NCBI GenBank assembly: GCA_963769935.1
Contig: CAVYNY010000013.1
Coordinates: 416,001 to 480,000, forward strand
Direction of reading: 5' to 3'
Length of the DNA: 64,000 nt
DNA from: an uncultured delta proteobacterium
GTDB taxonomy: Bacteria > Desulfobacterota > Desulfobacteria > Desulfobacterales > JAFDCJ01
Shown here: positions 19,814 to 28,470 of the stretch, piece by piece
Layout: each line of letters starts with the position of its first letter
How positions within the stretch are numbered: the stretch's first letter is position 1
Program-made: the position numbers and the translations under genes
Notes under the pieces: generated by a model
The model's input: only the letters and a program-made list of their open reading frames with translations
Databases searched by the model: none
Told to the model about the DNA's origin: nothing

Positions 19814-20647
19814 GTGAAGAAGTGGATATTGATCGGCTTGAGTGCCATTGTCGTCATCCTGATAGTGGTCGTGGTTGTGGGCCTCTCAAAGCTCGGTCCA
19901 ATTGTCAAATTGGCAGTCAATACATATGGACCCCAAATTACAGGCACTGAGCTCAAGGTGGGTGATGTAGGTATTTCTTTGTTTTCGGGGGAAGCCAAGC
20001 TCAAAAATTTTTTTCTAGGCAATCCGAAAGGCTTCAAATCCCCGAGCGCCATGAAAATCGGCTCGATCGATGTGGAGGTGGATAAGGGTTCACTGACAAA
20101 AGACCCGATTGTTATCCAAAAAATCGAAGTGATCGGACCGGAGATCACATACGAGAAAAGGGGCAAAACAGATAATTTCCAGGCCCTTTTAGCCAACGTG
20201 CAAAAAGAATTGTCTCGGGGAGAATCAGCCAAAAAGGAGCCCGGAAAGGAAGGGCCTGGAAAACAGCTGATTATCAACGATCTGATTATAAAACAAGGCA
20301 AGGTTCATCTGGCCGTGGAAATGCCCGGCGGCATGTTGAGCGACAAGCAAATCAGCGCCGATCTTCCCGATATTCATCTCAAAGACATCGGCAAGGACAA
20401 AGGCGGTTCTTCTCCGGCAGAAGTAGCAAAGGAGATTTTTCAAACGCTGTATGCCAAAATTACAGCGCCGAATGTGATGGGGGCTTTAGATGATCAGCTC
20501 AAAAAACTGGGAGGCACTGTCACGCAGGCGGCTGGCGGGGTTGTTCAAGAGGGCCTCAAAGGGGCGACCGATGTTGTTAAGGGCGCCGGCAAAGAATCGG
20601 GCGGCGTAACTGACAAGGTCAAAGGTTTGTTCAACAAAAAGGAATAA
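19814..20647 (+). CDS. AsmA/DUF748-like membrane-anchored protein
   Basis: N-terminal TM anchor; GNPKGF motif; beta-rich body. Confidence 0.65.
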   Translation: MKKWILIGLSAIVVILIVVVVVGLSKLGPIVKLAVNTYGPQITGTELKVGDVGISLFSGEAKLKNFFLGNPKGFKSPSAMKIGSIDVEVDKGSLTKDPIVIQKIEVIGPEITYEKRGKTDNFQALLANVQKELSRGESAKKEPGKEGPGKQLIINDLIIKQGKVHLAVEMPGGMLSDKQISADLPDIHLKDIGKDKGGSSPAEVAKEIFQTLYAKITAPNVMGALDDQLKKLGGTVTQAAGGVVQEGLKGATDVVKGAGKESGGVTDKVKGLFNKKE

Positions 20648-20724
20648 AAACGCGAAAGTCCAATTTTCCCAGAATGGGAGTTCATATCATTTTATTCTGT
20701 CAAATCAAAGGCGAGGCGGGTCGT

Positions 20725-21444
20725 CTAATCTTCCCGCGCCGGAAACAGCAGATACCTCAGCCAGTGTATAAATGAATTCTCGCGCAAAAGCGCTTTGTCC
20801 GTCTGATCGAGCCCCCGAAACAGCCGGTCCGGTTCTGCAAAAAAGTGGGCCCGGGTTGTAAAGGATTCATTGGCATCCAGCTGCTTCACAATCCTGGCTG
20901 GATTGCCGGCCGCGACACAGTTGGCCGGGATGCTGTCCACCACCACGGCCCCGGCCCCGACGATACTGTTTTCACCAATGGTGACCCCCTTGCAGACGAT
21001 AGCGCTGTCACCAACCCAGACATTGCTTTCAATCTTTATGGGTGCGGTTTTCCCAAGGGATATGCGATTGTAAATATCATGCCAATCCGAGTCGGTAATG
21101 TATACATTGCTGGCGAGCATGCAATTATCACCAATTAGGATTTCGTGGGCTGAACCGATCCTCACCCCCGGGCAAATCAGGCAGTAATTCCCGATTCGAA
21201 TACACCCCTTGCCCGGTTGCTCCGACCAGATTGCCAGCCTGACCATTTTATCGGATGCGGCCACCACATTGACGTAATCTCCCAGTTCGATGGGCGCACC
21301 AAAAATTTCCACATGCCAGGGGCGCATAAACATAAAGCCTGCGCCTAAAGATTCCAGCTGGGGACGCAGAAAGTGGTTAACGTAGAATTCCTGAAACTTC
21401 AGGTAGGCTTTCTTGATAAAGTATGGGCGGTGGTCTCTGCGCAA
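20725..21444 (-). CDS. hexapeptide-repeat acyltransferase
   Basis: IGDNCMLA, ITDSDWH, VWVG..KGVTIGENSIVGAG, AGNPAR. Confidence 0.88.
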   Translation of the reverse strand: MRRDHRPYFIKKAYLKFQEFYVNHFLRPQLESLGAGFMFMRPWHVEIFGAPIELGDYVNVVAASDKMVRLAIWSEQPGKGCIRIGNYCLICPGVRIGSAHEILIGDNCMLASNVYITDSDWHDIYNRISLGKTAPIKIESNVWVGDSAIVCKGVTIGENSIVGAGAVVVDSIPANCVAAGNPARIVKQLDANESFTTRAHFFAEPDRLFRGLDQTDKALLRENSFIHWLRYLLFPARED

Positions 21445-21505
21445 AAAAAGTCCTCATCGAGTGCAGACCGTCGATGGTTGTGGATAGTGCTCAATGGATA
21501 CTAAT

Positions 21506-22546
21506 TTAATACCCAAAGCCCTTCCAGAATTCATGGCTGAACAGTTGCGCGGCCGGTGTCAGGTTATTAAGGGCATCAACTGCCATGAGAGCCACGGCGT
21601 TGGTCCAGGTAATTTTATCCTCGGGCCATATAATAATGTCGGGACAGGTAAAGCCGCACCAGTATGAGCCGTCCTCATACTTTCGGTCCGCAATCCAGCT
21701 GAATACGATTTGGGCCAGCTTGAAATTTCCCATGGCCGCCAAGGCAATAACCAGCTCCGACGTTTCGGCAATGGTCACCCACGGCTCATCGGAAACGCAC
21801 AGGACGCCACGCTCTTCGATGACATATTTTTTCCAGTACTTATCGATCCGCTTCTGGGCATCACCGCCGGTCAATACCCCGGCCAGAATCGGATAAAACC
21901 AGTACATTGAAAAGCGGGACTTGGTCATGTTAAACAGATGGGGCTTATGCCGGATGGCATCTCCCAGTTTAACCAGGGCCTGCTGCCATCCGGCAGCGGT
22001 GCGGCCCAGTATTTTCGCCAGGGAGAGAGCACATTTCAAACTCATATAAATGGAGCTTGAACCGGTCAAAAGCGCCGTGGGATCCACTTTGCCCTCCGGG
22101 CTGATCGCCCAGTGGATTTCACCATTGGGGGTTTGAAGACCGACGGCAAAATCGATGGCCGCGGCGACGGTGGGCCACATTGCTTTTACGAAAGAAACAT
22201 CCGCCGTAATAAGATAGTAGTGAAGCACCCCTACCGCGATGTACGAGGACAGGTTGGCGTCCCTGGTTTTGTCCTGGGGCCGTCCCTGCAGGTAAGCCGA
22301 ATACCAGCTTCCGTCTTCATGCTGCTTGCGGGCCAACCAATCATAGGCGCGCTGCGCCTGGGTCAGGTAGCCGCCGATACTGAGTCCCATGGCGGCTTCA
22401 ATGTGATCCCAGGGATCTGTTTTCTGGCCCTCGCACCATGGTATCTCGCCTGTTGTCAACTGGGTTTTTGCAATCAGGCTGCAAACTGCATCAATATCGA
22501 TTTGATAATCTGCCGCCGGTCTACTGATCGAAGTCTCAGGTTTCAT
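21506..22546 (-). CDS. prenyltransferase/squalene-oxidase repeat-like (alpha/alpha) barrel protein
   Basis: DPWDHIEAAM, QHEDGSW QW-like motif, WVTIAETSE, TWTNA. Confidence 0.7.
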   Translation of the reverse strand: MKPETSISRPAADYQIDIDAVCSLIAKTQLTTGEIPWCEGQKTDPWDHIEAAMGLSIGGYLTQAQRAYDWLARKQHEDGSWYSAYLQGRPQDKTRDANLSSYIAVGVLHYYLITADVSFVKAMWPTVAAAIDFAVGLQTPNGEIHWAISPEGKVDPTALLTGSSSIYMSLKCALSLAKILGRTAAGWQQALVKLGDAIRHKPHLFNMTKSRFSMYWFYPILAGVLTGGDAQKRIDKYWKKYVIEERGVLCVSDEPWVTIAETSELVIALAAMGNFKLAQIVFSWIADRKYEDGSYWCGFTCPDIIIWPEDKITWTNAVALMAVDALNNLTPAAQLFSHEFWKGFGY

Positions 22547-23316
22547 CCAACCCCACCTTTCATTTCTGTAAGCCGGATTTATTACAAAGGATCAGGATTA
22601 TAATCAAGAACTAAATGAGCGGCTCAAAGGTAAAGGTTTGCATTTGGTTAGAAAAAAAATTCTCGCAAAGCCGCGAAGGTAAATTGTTAAAATAATCCCG
22701 GCGTCTTTGCGTCTGGGCAAGTCCACCCGGGCGGATCGATACCGGCTTGTCCGGGTTGAGGATTTCGCCGGCGCAATTTTGCACCTTGACTTTGCCGACT
22801 TCTCTGTTTAATTTACCTCATACGCCCAAAAACATTTGAACACTTCAGACTGCGATTTGAAACTGCGCTAAAACCTGTTGCGGATAATTCTACCGGATCT
22901 TCACCGGATCAACTGATATTGGGCATTCATCTCTCCTGAGTGCAGGCCATGCAATTTTATCAATTATATATTTTGGCACTTATCCATTTCGATAACCCCT
23001 AACCCGAATCCGTCCCCAACGGACGCGTATCGGCGCCGAACTGCCTGGATATAGTTAACCGGCAGTGTTCATCTTTGCGAACTCCGCGGCCGGGTGATGG
23101 CCAAAATTTGCGTAGCCAACGATGAAAACGAGCAGTCTAAAAGAGCCGTCGCCGAGCCTCCGGCGGTAATGTTGGTGCCATTCAGGAGGCTTTTTGGAGA
23201 TAGTCGATCCACCTGTGACGTAAAAGTGGCAGCGTCGGTAAATCAACAACCGGCCGCTGCCGGGATTGGAACCAGAATTGTGTACCCTTTGTGAGGACAC
23301 AAGAAAGGAGGAAAAA

Positions 23317-23529
23317 ATGACTGACAGTGTATACAAAGTGATTCAACTAGTGGGCAGCAGCCCAAATTCCTGGGAAGAGGCTGCCAGGAATGCCGTAGAA
23401 AGAGCCGGCCAAACCCTCAGAGATCTGCGTGTGGCAGAGATTAACAAACTTGATATGAAGGTTGAAAACGGCAAGATTACCGCATTTCGCGCCAGGGTGA
23501 ACCTCTCATTTAAATACGGCGGCGAATAG
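23317..23529 (+). CDS. dodecin family flavin-binding protein
   Basis: AAGGAGG RBS; SVYKVIQLVGSS..SWEEAA..LRDLR..SFKY. Confidence 0.92.
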   Translation: MTDSVYKVIQLVGSSPNSWEEAARNAVERAGQTLRDLRVAEINKLDMKVENGKITAFRARVNLSFKYGGE

Positions 23530-23668
23530 ACCGCCAATGGTGTCACCCGGCTAAAAAACCGAGGATACCCCGGACCCCGGACATCAAAAATAATGTCTTA
23601 TCCAAACACCGACCGCAGCCGGCGGAAAAACCCCGGAGATGGGGTATCCCTGATTAAGGAGTTTACAA

Positions 23669-24130
23669 ATGCAGGTTGTAGCAAGACTCAAAGAGATGGG
23701 CGTCAAACTCCCGCAGGCGGTAAAACCGGTGGCCAACTACGTTCCGGCTGTTCGCAGCGGCAATCTGGTATTTCTATCCGGTCATGGTCCTTTCGATGAA
23801 GATGGTTCCTTGATCACCGGCAAGCTCGGTTCGGAATTGACAACGGAACAGGGTTATGAGGCCGCTCGGCGGGTCGCCATCGGGCTGCTGGGTTCATTGA
23901 AAGCCGAGATCGGTGATCTGGAAAGCGTTAAACGGGTGGTGAAACTGCTGGGACTTGTCAACTGCACGTCGGATTTTACCGATCAGCCCAAGGTCATCAA
24001 CGGCGCTTCCGATTTTTTAGTCGAGGTATTCGGCGCCAGGGGCAAGCATGCGCGCTCCGCCGTGGGGACAAATGCACTGCCGATGAACATAGCCGTTGAA
24101 ATTGAGATGATCGTCGAGATAGCGGGTTAA
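23669..24130 (+). CDS. RidA/YjgF family protein
   Basis: ANYVP, SGHGP, INGASD, HARSAVG, VEIE. Confidence 0.92.
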   Translation: MQVVARLKEMGVKLPQAVKPVANYVPAVRSGNLVFLSGHGPFDEDGSLITGKLGSELTTEQGYEAARRVAIGLLGSLKAEIGDLESVKRVVKLLGLVNCTSDFTDQPKVINGASDFLVEVFGARGKHARSAVGTNALPMNIAVEIEMIVEIAG

Positions 24131-24138
24131 GGGCTCAC

Positions 24139-24723
24139 TCAAAATCGATACTTGACGCCGACAGCCAGCGTGTTGGAACCGCCCCGGCCCCGCTCCTCGA
24201 CCAGGCCGAAAGCCCCGGAGCGATGGTGGATACGCAGCGAGGCCGCCCAACTGCTCTTGGGAGGGCCGAGGGTCAGTTCGCCAAACCAGTAAACCATAAA
24301 CTTCTTGGTTGAATTGTTCAGTTCGATTTCTTCCTCCGGTTCCGAGGCGGCATAAGACGGTCCGACACCGTAAGCGAGGCTGGTTGCCACATAATTTTCC
24401 CAGGGAAATCTGCTCCAGCGAATAGCTGCCGGAAGATTGAATTCCCAATTATGCTGGTCGCCGAACCATTTCCCCACCTGTCCCTCGATCTCGAAGGACA
24501 GCGCATCTCCATAAAAGCGTGCAAACGTCCAGGCAAGGGCGCCGACCACAACATAGGCATCGACAAAATCGGCCTGTCCGGTGAGGGTATCGCCGAAGTC
24601 ACTGTCGGTCATGCGTCCGGTATAAAGGGTAAGCGCAAAGTCCTGCCCCGCCAGGGATTCGTCGGCCACCGCCCATGAAGCGGCGACAAGCATAAAAACT
24701 GCAACAACACAATATTTGACCAC
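24139..24723 (-). CDS. putative outer-membrane beta-barrel (PagL/acyloxyacyl hydrolase-like)
   Basis: signal peptide, RIHHRSG motif, C-terminal KYRF barrel signal. Confidence 0.55.
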   Translation of the reverse strand: MVKYCVVAVFMLVAASWAVADESLAGQDFALTLYTGRMTDSDFGDTLTGQADFVDAYVVVGALAWTFARFYGDALSFEIEGQVGKWFGDQHNWEFNLPAAIRWSRFPWENYVATSLAYGVGPSYAASEPEEEIELNNSTKKFMVYWFGELTLGPPKSSWAASLRIHHRSGAFGLVEERGRGGSNTLAVGVKYRF

Positions 24724-24823
24724 ACCTTCACCCGCCTAAGTCAATTCCTGCTATAAAAAATTATGATTCTATGAACCTAAAAAAGGTAATCTTTGTGGGA
24801 ATATTCTAATTTCAATTTACTTC

Positions 24824-24906
24824 GGCGTGCTGGAGTACTGGAGTATTGGAGTAATGCTGAAGGTTTGATATCCTCCTTTTCAATACTCCAAAACTCCATC
24901 ACTCCA
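24824..24906. repeat. inverted pair of 8-bp tandem arrays (GGAGTANT / CAATACTC)
   Basis: GGAGTACT GGAGTATT GGAGTAAT ... CAATACTC CAAAACTC CATCACTC. Confidence 0.8.
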
Positions 24907-25468
24907 AGATCGAGACTTTCAAAACATTCTGATAAGATTCGATTACCTTATTATTGTTCATATTTCCGAAAAATTATTTGCCACCCTGTTTTCAAAGACA
25001 GCGCCGAGCATCTGGGGACCATGGCAGGGGCACCCTGACGGCATAAAGTGGGTAATATATCATAATGTCACGGAGTTTCAAACAAATTTCCCGCAAATGA
25101 ATTCAGGCTGTCTGAATACCATCCGGTCGTTCACTTTTGTAAATCTGGGGCTGCACCGCATGCATCGTCTCCCCAAATACTGTGTTTTATTACTCAAAAT
25201 GGATACTTTCCCCCATTGAATATGTTTTAAAGATATGTGATTAAATGCAGTCACTACCCAGTGGCAGCTCCCACTTGTGAAGTTCCAGCCGGAGTTCATG
25301 CAGAGTGGCTCAACTCTTTTTCTGATCCCTTTGGAAATATAACCCGTTTAACATATCTGTTTATCGTTTTGAGGTCGATAACTTCACCTGCAAAAAGACG
25401 GATGCAGAATAATGTGTTCGGACGTTTGCCCCTGAAACCAATCACCAAGCGCAAAGGAGGTTTGAATC

Positions 25469-27223
25469 ATGAAAGTCGCATTAATCGGTGCCGAGCTGGA
25501 GGAAAACATCGGCCTGCGTTACATGGCTTCCGCCCTGGAACGAAACGGCCATGAGGCCCTGATAATTCCTTTTAATTTCGACCGGGATAGACCCCAAACC
25601 GTTGAGAAGACTCTTGCGTTCGAACCGCATATCGTCGGATTGTCCATGGTTTTTACAAGCCGCGCACGGGAATTTTGTAAATTGGCAAACTCCCTGCGGG
25701 ATAAAGGCTGCCGGGGGCATATCATCGCGGGAGGGCATTTTGCATGTCTCAATGCCGGCCAACTTCTGCGGGACTTCACGGCGTTTGATTCCATCGCACT
25801 GGGCGAAGGCGAAGATATCATTTGTGCTTTAGCTGAAAACCTGAACGATCCGGGAAAAGTGCCGGGTATTTGTTTGCGCGGCCGCGACGGATCTTTGAAA
25901 ATAAATCCTTCGAAAGGCAATCCGGGCGACCTCGACGCATTGCCGTTTCCCAAGCGGACAACCTTTCACGATTATTTCGGCAAACCGATTGCGAGCATTC
26001 TAAGCAGCCGGGGCTGCTGGCGGGACTGCGCCTTCTGCAGCATCAATGCCTGGTACAAGCAGGGCGGTGGAAAAAAATTCAGAGTTCGAAGTGTGGCAAA
26101 CATCGTTGCCGAAATGAAGGAACTGTACTTTCAGCATGGTATCCGCATCTTTAACATGCAGGACGATAATTTCTTTCTACCCAACAAGACCCGGGCGCTG
26201 CGGCGCTTTGAAGACTTGCGTTCCGCGCTGCAGCGCGAAGGCGTGGAAGGCATTGCCATAGCGGTGAAAGCCCGACCCGACAGCATCACCTACGACGCGA
26301 TAAAGGTGCTGGATGATCTCGGATTGTTCCGCGTGTTTTTAGGCGTCGAGAATGCTTCCGAGCGCGCCTTAAAAAATCTCAACCGCAAATGCCGGGTCAA
26401 AGACATTCTGGAATCCTTGAAGATTCTCAACGATTTTGATGTGCATATCGCCTACAATCTTCTCCTGTTTGAACTGGATACCAACCTGGAAGATATACTG
26501 ATTAATTTACGGTTCATCGAACGGCACATCGACAATCCCTTCAACTTTTGCCGGGCCGAAGCGTATGCCGGAACCGGGCTGGAGCAAAAACTGCTGGCGC
26601 AGGGACGGCTGCTCGGCGATTACTTCGGCATCGATTATCGTTTAAAAGATCCCCGGGCGGAAGCCTTTCATCAAATCGCCAATTATGCCTTTTTCGACCG
26701 CAACTTCAGCGACAGCGGACTGCACTATTTTAATATGCAGGTCGACTTCTACTTTCAGCTCCTGAGACGCTTCCATCCTGAATTGCTTACCCAGGGTCTG
26801 CGTGGAACCGTACGCAACTTCATCAAGTACACAAATCTGGATACCTACGAGTGCCTGTGCCAAATATATGATTTCGCAGTAGCGGCCGATCCCGATGATC
26901 GGAGGCGCGTTCAGGAATTTTCACAGGATCTGCGCCAACGCGTAGACAGCCGAAGTTATGAGCTCCGCCTGCAGGGCGAACGCCTTTTAGAAAGATTGGA
27001 GGCCGTTTACCGTGATCGTGACAAAACCGACAAGCCGGCTGCATCTTCCTTCTCGCAGGTCGATCTTCCGCTTCTGCAGGGTCGTCCCGAACCTTATGCC
27101 GGTTTGGACGCTCTGACGCAATCGTCGAATACGGCGATGATGAGCGATATGGATTTATTTGGACTCGCTCCGCAACCCGTTCCCTATGATGTGTTTAAGC
27201 GTCAACTGTCTTCACACAGGTGA
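25469..27223 (+). CDS. B12-binding domain radical SAM enzyme with C-terminal extension
   Basis: AAGGAGG RBS; cobalamin-binding Rossmann motifs (GLS, AGGHFA, GEGE); SRGCWRDCAFC CxxxCxxC; DDNF; GVEN. Confidence 0.92.
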   Translation: MKVALIGAELEENIGLRYMASALERNGHEALIIPFNFDRDRPQTVEKTLAFEPHIVGLSMVFTSRAREFCKLANSLRDKGCRGHIIAGGHFACLNAGQLLRDFTAFDSIALGEGEDIICALAENLNDPGKVPGICLRGRDGSLKINPSKGNPGDLDALPFPKRTTFHDYFGKPIASILSSRGCWRDCAFCSINAWYKQGGGKKFRVRSVANIVAEMKELYFQHGIRIFNMQDDNFFLPNKTRALRRFEDLRSALQREGVEGIAIAVKARPDSITYDAIKVLDDLGLFRVFLGVENASERALKNLNRKCRVKDILESLKILNDFDVHIAYNLLLFELDTNLEDILINLRFIERHIDNPFNFCRAEAYAGTGLEQKLLAQGRLLGDYFGIDYRLKDPRAEAFHQIANYAFFDRNFSDSGLHYFNMQVDFYFQLLRRFHPELLTQGLRGTVRNFIKYTNLDTYECLCQIYDFAVAADPDDRRRVQEFSQDLRQRVDSRSYELRLQGERLLERLEAVYRDRDKTDKPAASSFSQVDLPLLQGRPEPYAGLDALTQSSNTAMMSDMDLFGLAPQPVPYDVFKRQLSSHR

Positions 27224-27345
27224 TTGGAAATTTTGAGGTGGCTTCATCCGATCCGGTTCATCCATACGAACGAACAACCGGATAGTCTGTTCGCAATATT
27301 CATGTTCAATAAAAGTTTAACCTTATCAACAAAGGAGGCGTCAAG

Positions 27346-28121
27346 ATGGACAAAAAAAAGCTGCCATAATTCGCGATTGGGTAGAACCGGCCCATCCCAT
27401 GGTGGTACGGTTTTATGATGATTTGCTGGCCATTTACCGGCGTATTCGCGATAAATTCCAGCAAAGAATAGATGAGACCTTTGATGCAACTTCGCGTACG
27501 ATCGGTTTCCTGGTTACCACAACGTTGCCGCTGACGCTTGAAATCGATAAGAAAGGAAAAGTAAAACAAATCGAACTAGGGGCCGAACATCTTAAAAATA
27601 CTCTTTTTGACAAGAACTTTTCCCCGATACTCAGAGCCATTGCCGGTGAGGACCCTGAATTTGATCCCAGCATCTCAGCCGGAACCTATAATCCCTATTT
27701 AATCTGGTTTGACGCGCTGAAGTTAAAGCTGCGCACCGACTGGGTCGAACCGGCGCACTTCCGCGACTATTTTCGAATTCGGGAACGCTTCGCCGGCATA
27801 TTCAGATTTGACTGGGTGGAGCCGGCCCACATCGCCCTGGGTGGTTCAGCCCTGGCGGCGGTGGATCCGGATGTCATGGAGCCAGCTCATTTGGGACCGA
27901 CTCCGAATCCATGGCGTGACAGGGTTCTCATCGCTGTCATCGATGAAATCTATCCGGAGCTTGGTTTGGTGGAAAGGATCACCCGACTCAAAGATCTGCT
28001 GCGCACGCGCGTGCGGCCGGACGTCATGGAACCTGCCCATTTCCGGGATATCGGGCGTCAGTTGCCCCGCGAAGCATTAGCCGAGATTGAAGCCGTGCTG
28101 CGCCGCTTCGGCTACAAGTAA
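27346..28121 (+). CDS. EPAH-repeat protein, putative substrate of the radical SAM enzyme (-1 frameshift at 27352-27360 joins ATG 27346 to ORF 27399-28121)
   Basis: AAGGAGG then ATG GAC A8 G; adding one A gives MDKKKAAIIRDWVEPAHPMVV, in frame with the listed ORF; five D(WV/VM)EPAH motifs. Confidence 0.8.
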
Positions 28122-28329
28122 TCAAGCCTGACATTAAGTTCAAGGTAAACTAAGTAAAGTGTTGCAGCAACACAGGTGGGACTTTCTCAACGATTTACAG
28201 AAAATTCCCACATATCGCGGCCGCCGCCGGGATGCCAGTCCCGGCGACAGTCAGCGTTTGAAGCAATTAGACCGCTGTAACCGATGCCATCGGATGGCGC
28301 AACCGGCCCACGGCGTTTTTTTTGCCCCG

Positions 28330-28470
28330 GGGCCGGAAACTTTTTTGAATCTTATCAAACGCATGTGCGAAAATATATTGCCCAGGCCGCGCCTGTTAAT
28401 TTTGAATTACCCGCATAATCCGACGGCCGAACTGGCTACGGTGGATTATTTTACAGAAATTGTCGCGGCG
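28330..28470 (+). pseudogene. internal fragment of a class I/II PLP aminotransferase
   Basis: PRPRLLILNYPHNPT..VDYFTEIV motif only; no N-terminus, no PLP lysine region. Confidence 0.65.

Noticed and set aside
23094..23294. Possible universal stress protein remnant (KICVANDENEQSKRAV)
   Set aside because: The similarity covers only about 16 residues, too weak to call.
24960..25468. Cobalamin or c-di-GMP riboswitch, or small precursor ORF, upstream of the radical SAM gene
   Set aside because: No B12-box or GEMM core was recognised; short ORFs here lack an RBS and the EPAH motif.
27221..27223. Selenocysteine read-through at the radical SAM TGA
   Set aside because: No Cys-equivalent context or convincing SECIS hairpin directly downstream.
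27735..28040. EPAH repeats as DNA-level repeats (CRISPR or DGR template/variable region)
   Set aside because: Differences fall at synonymous positions, spacing is irregular and in frame, and there is no reverse transcriptase.
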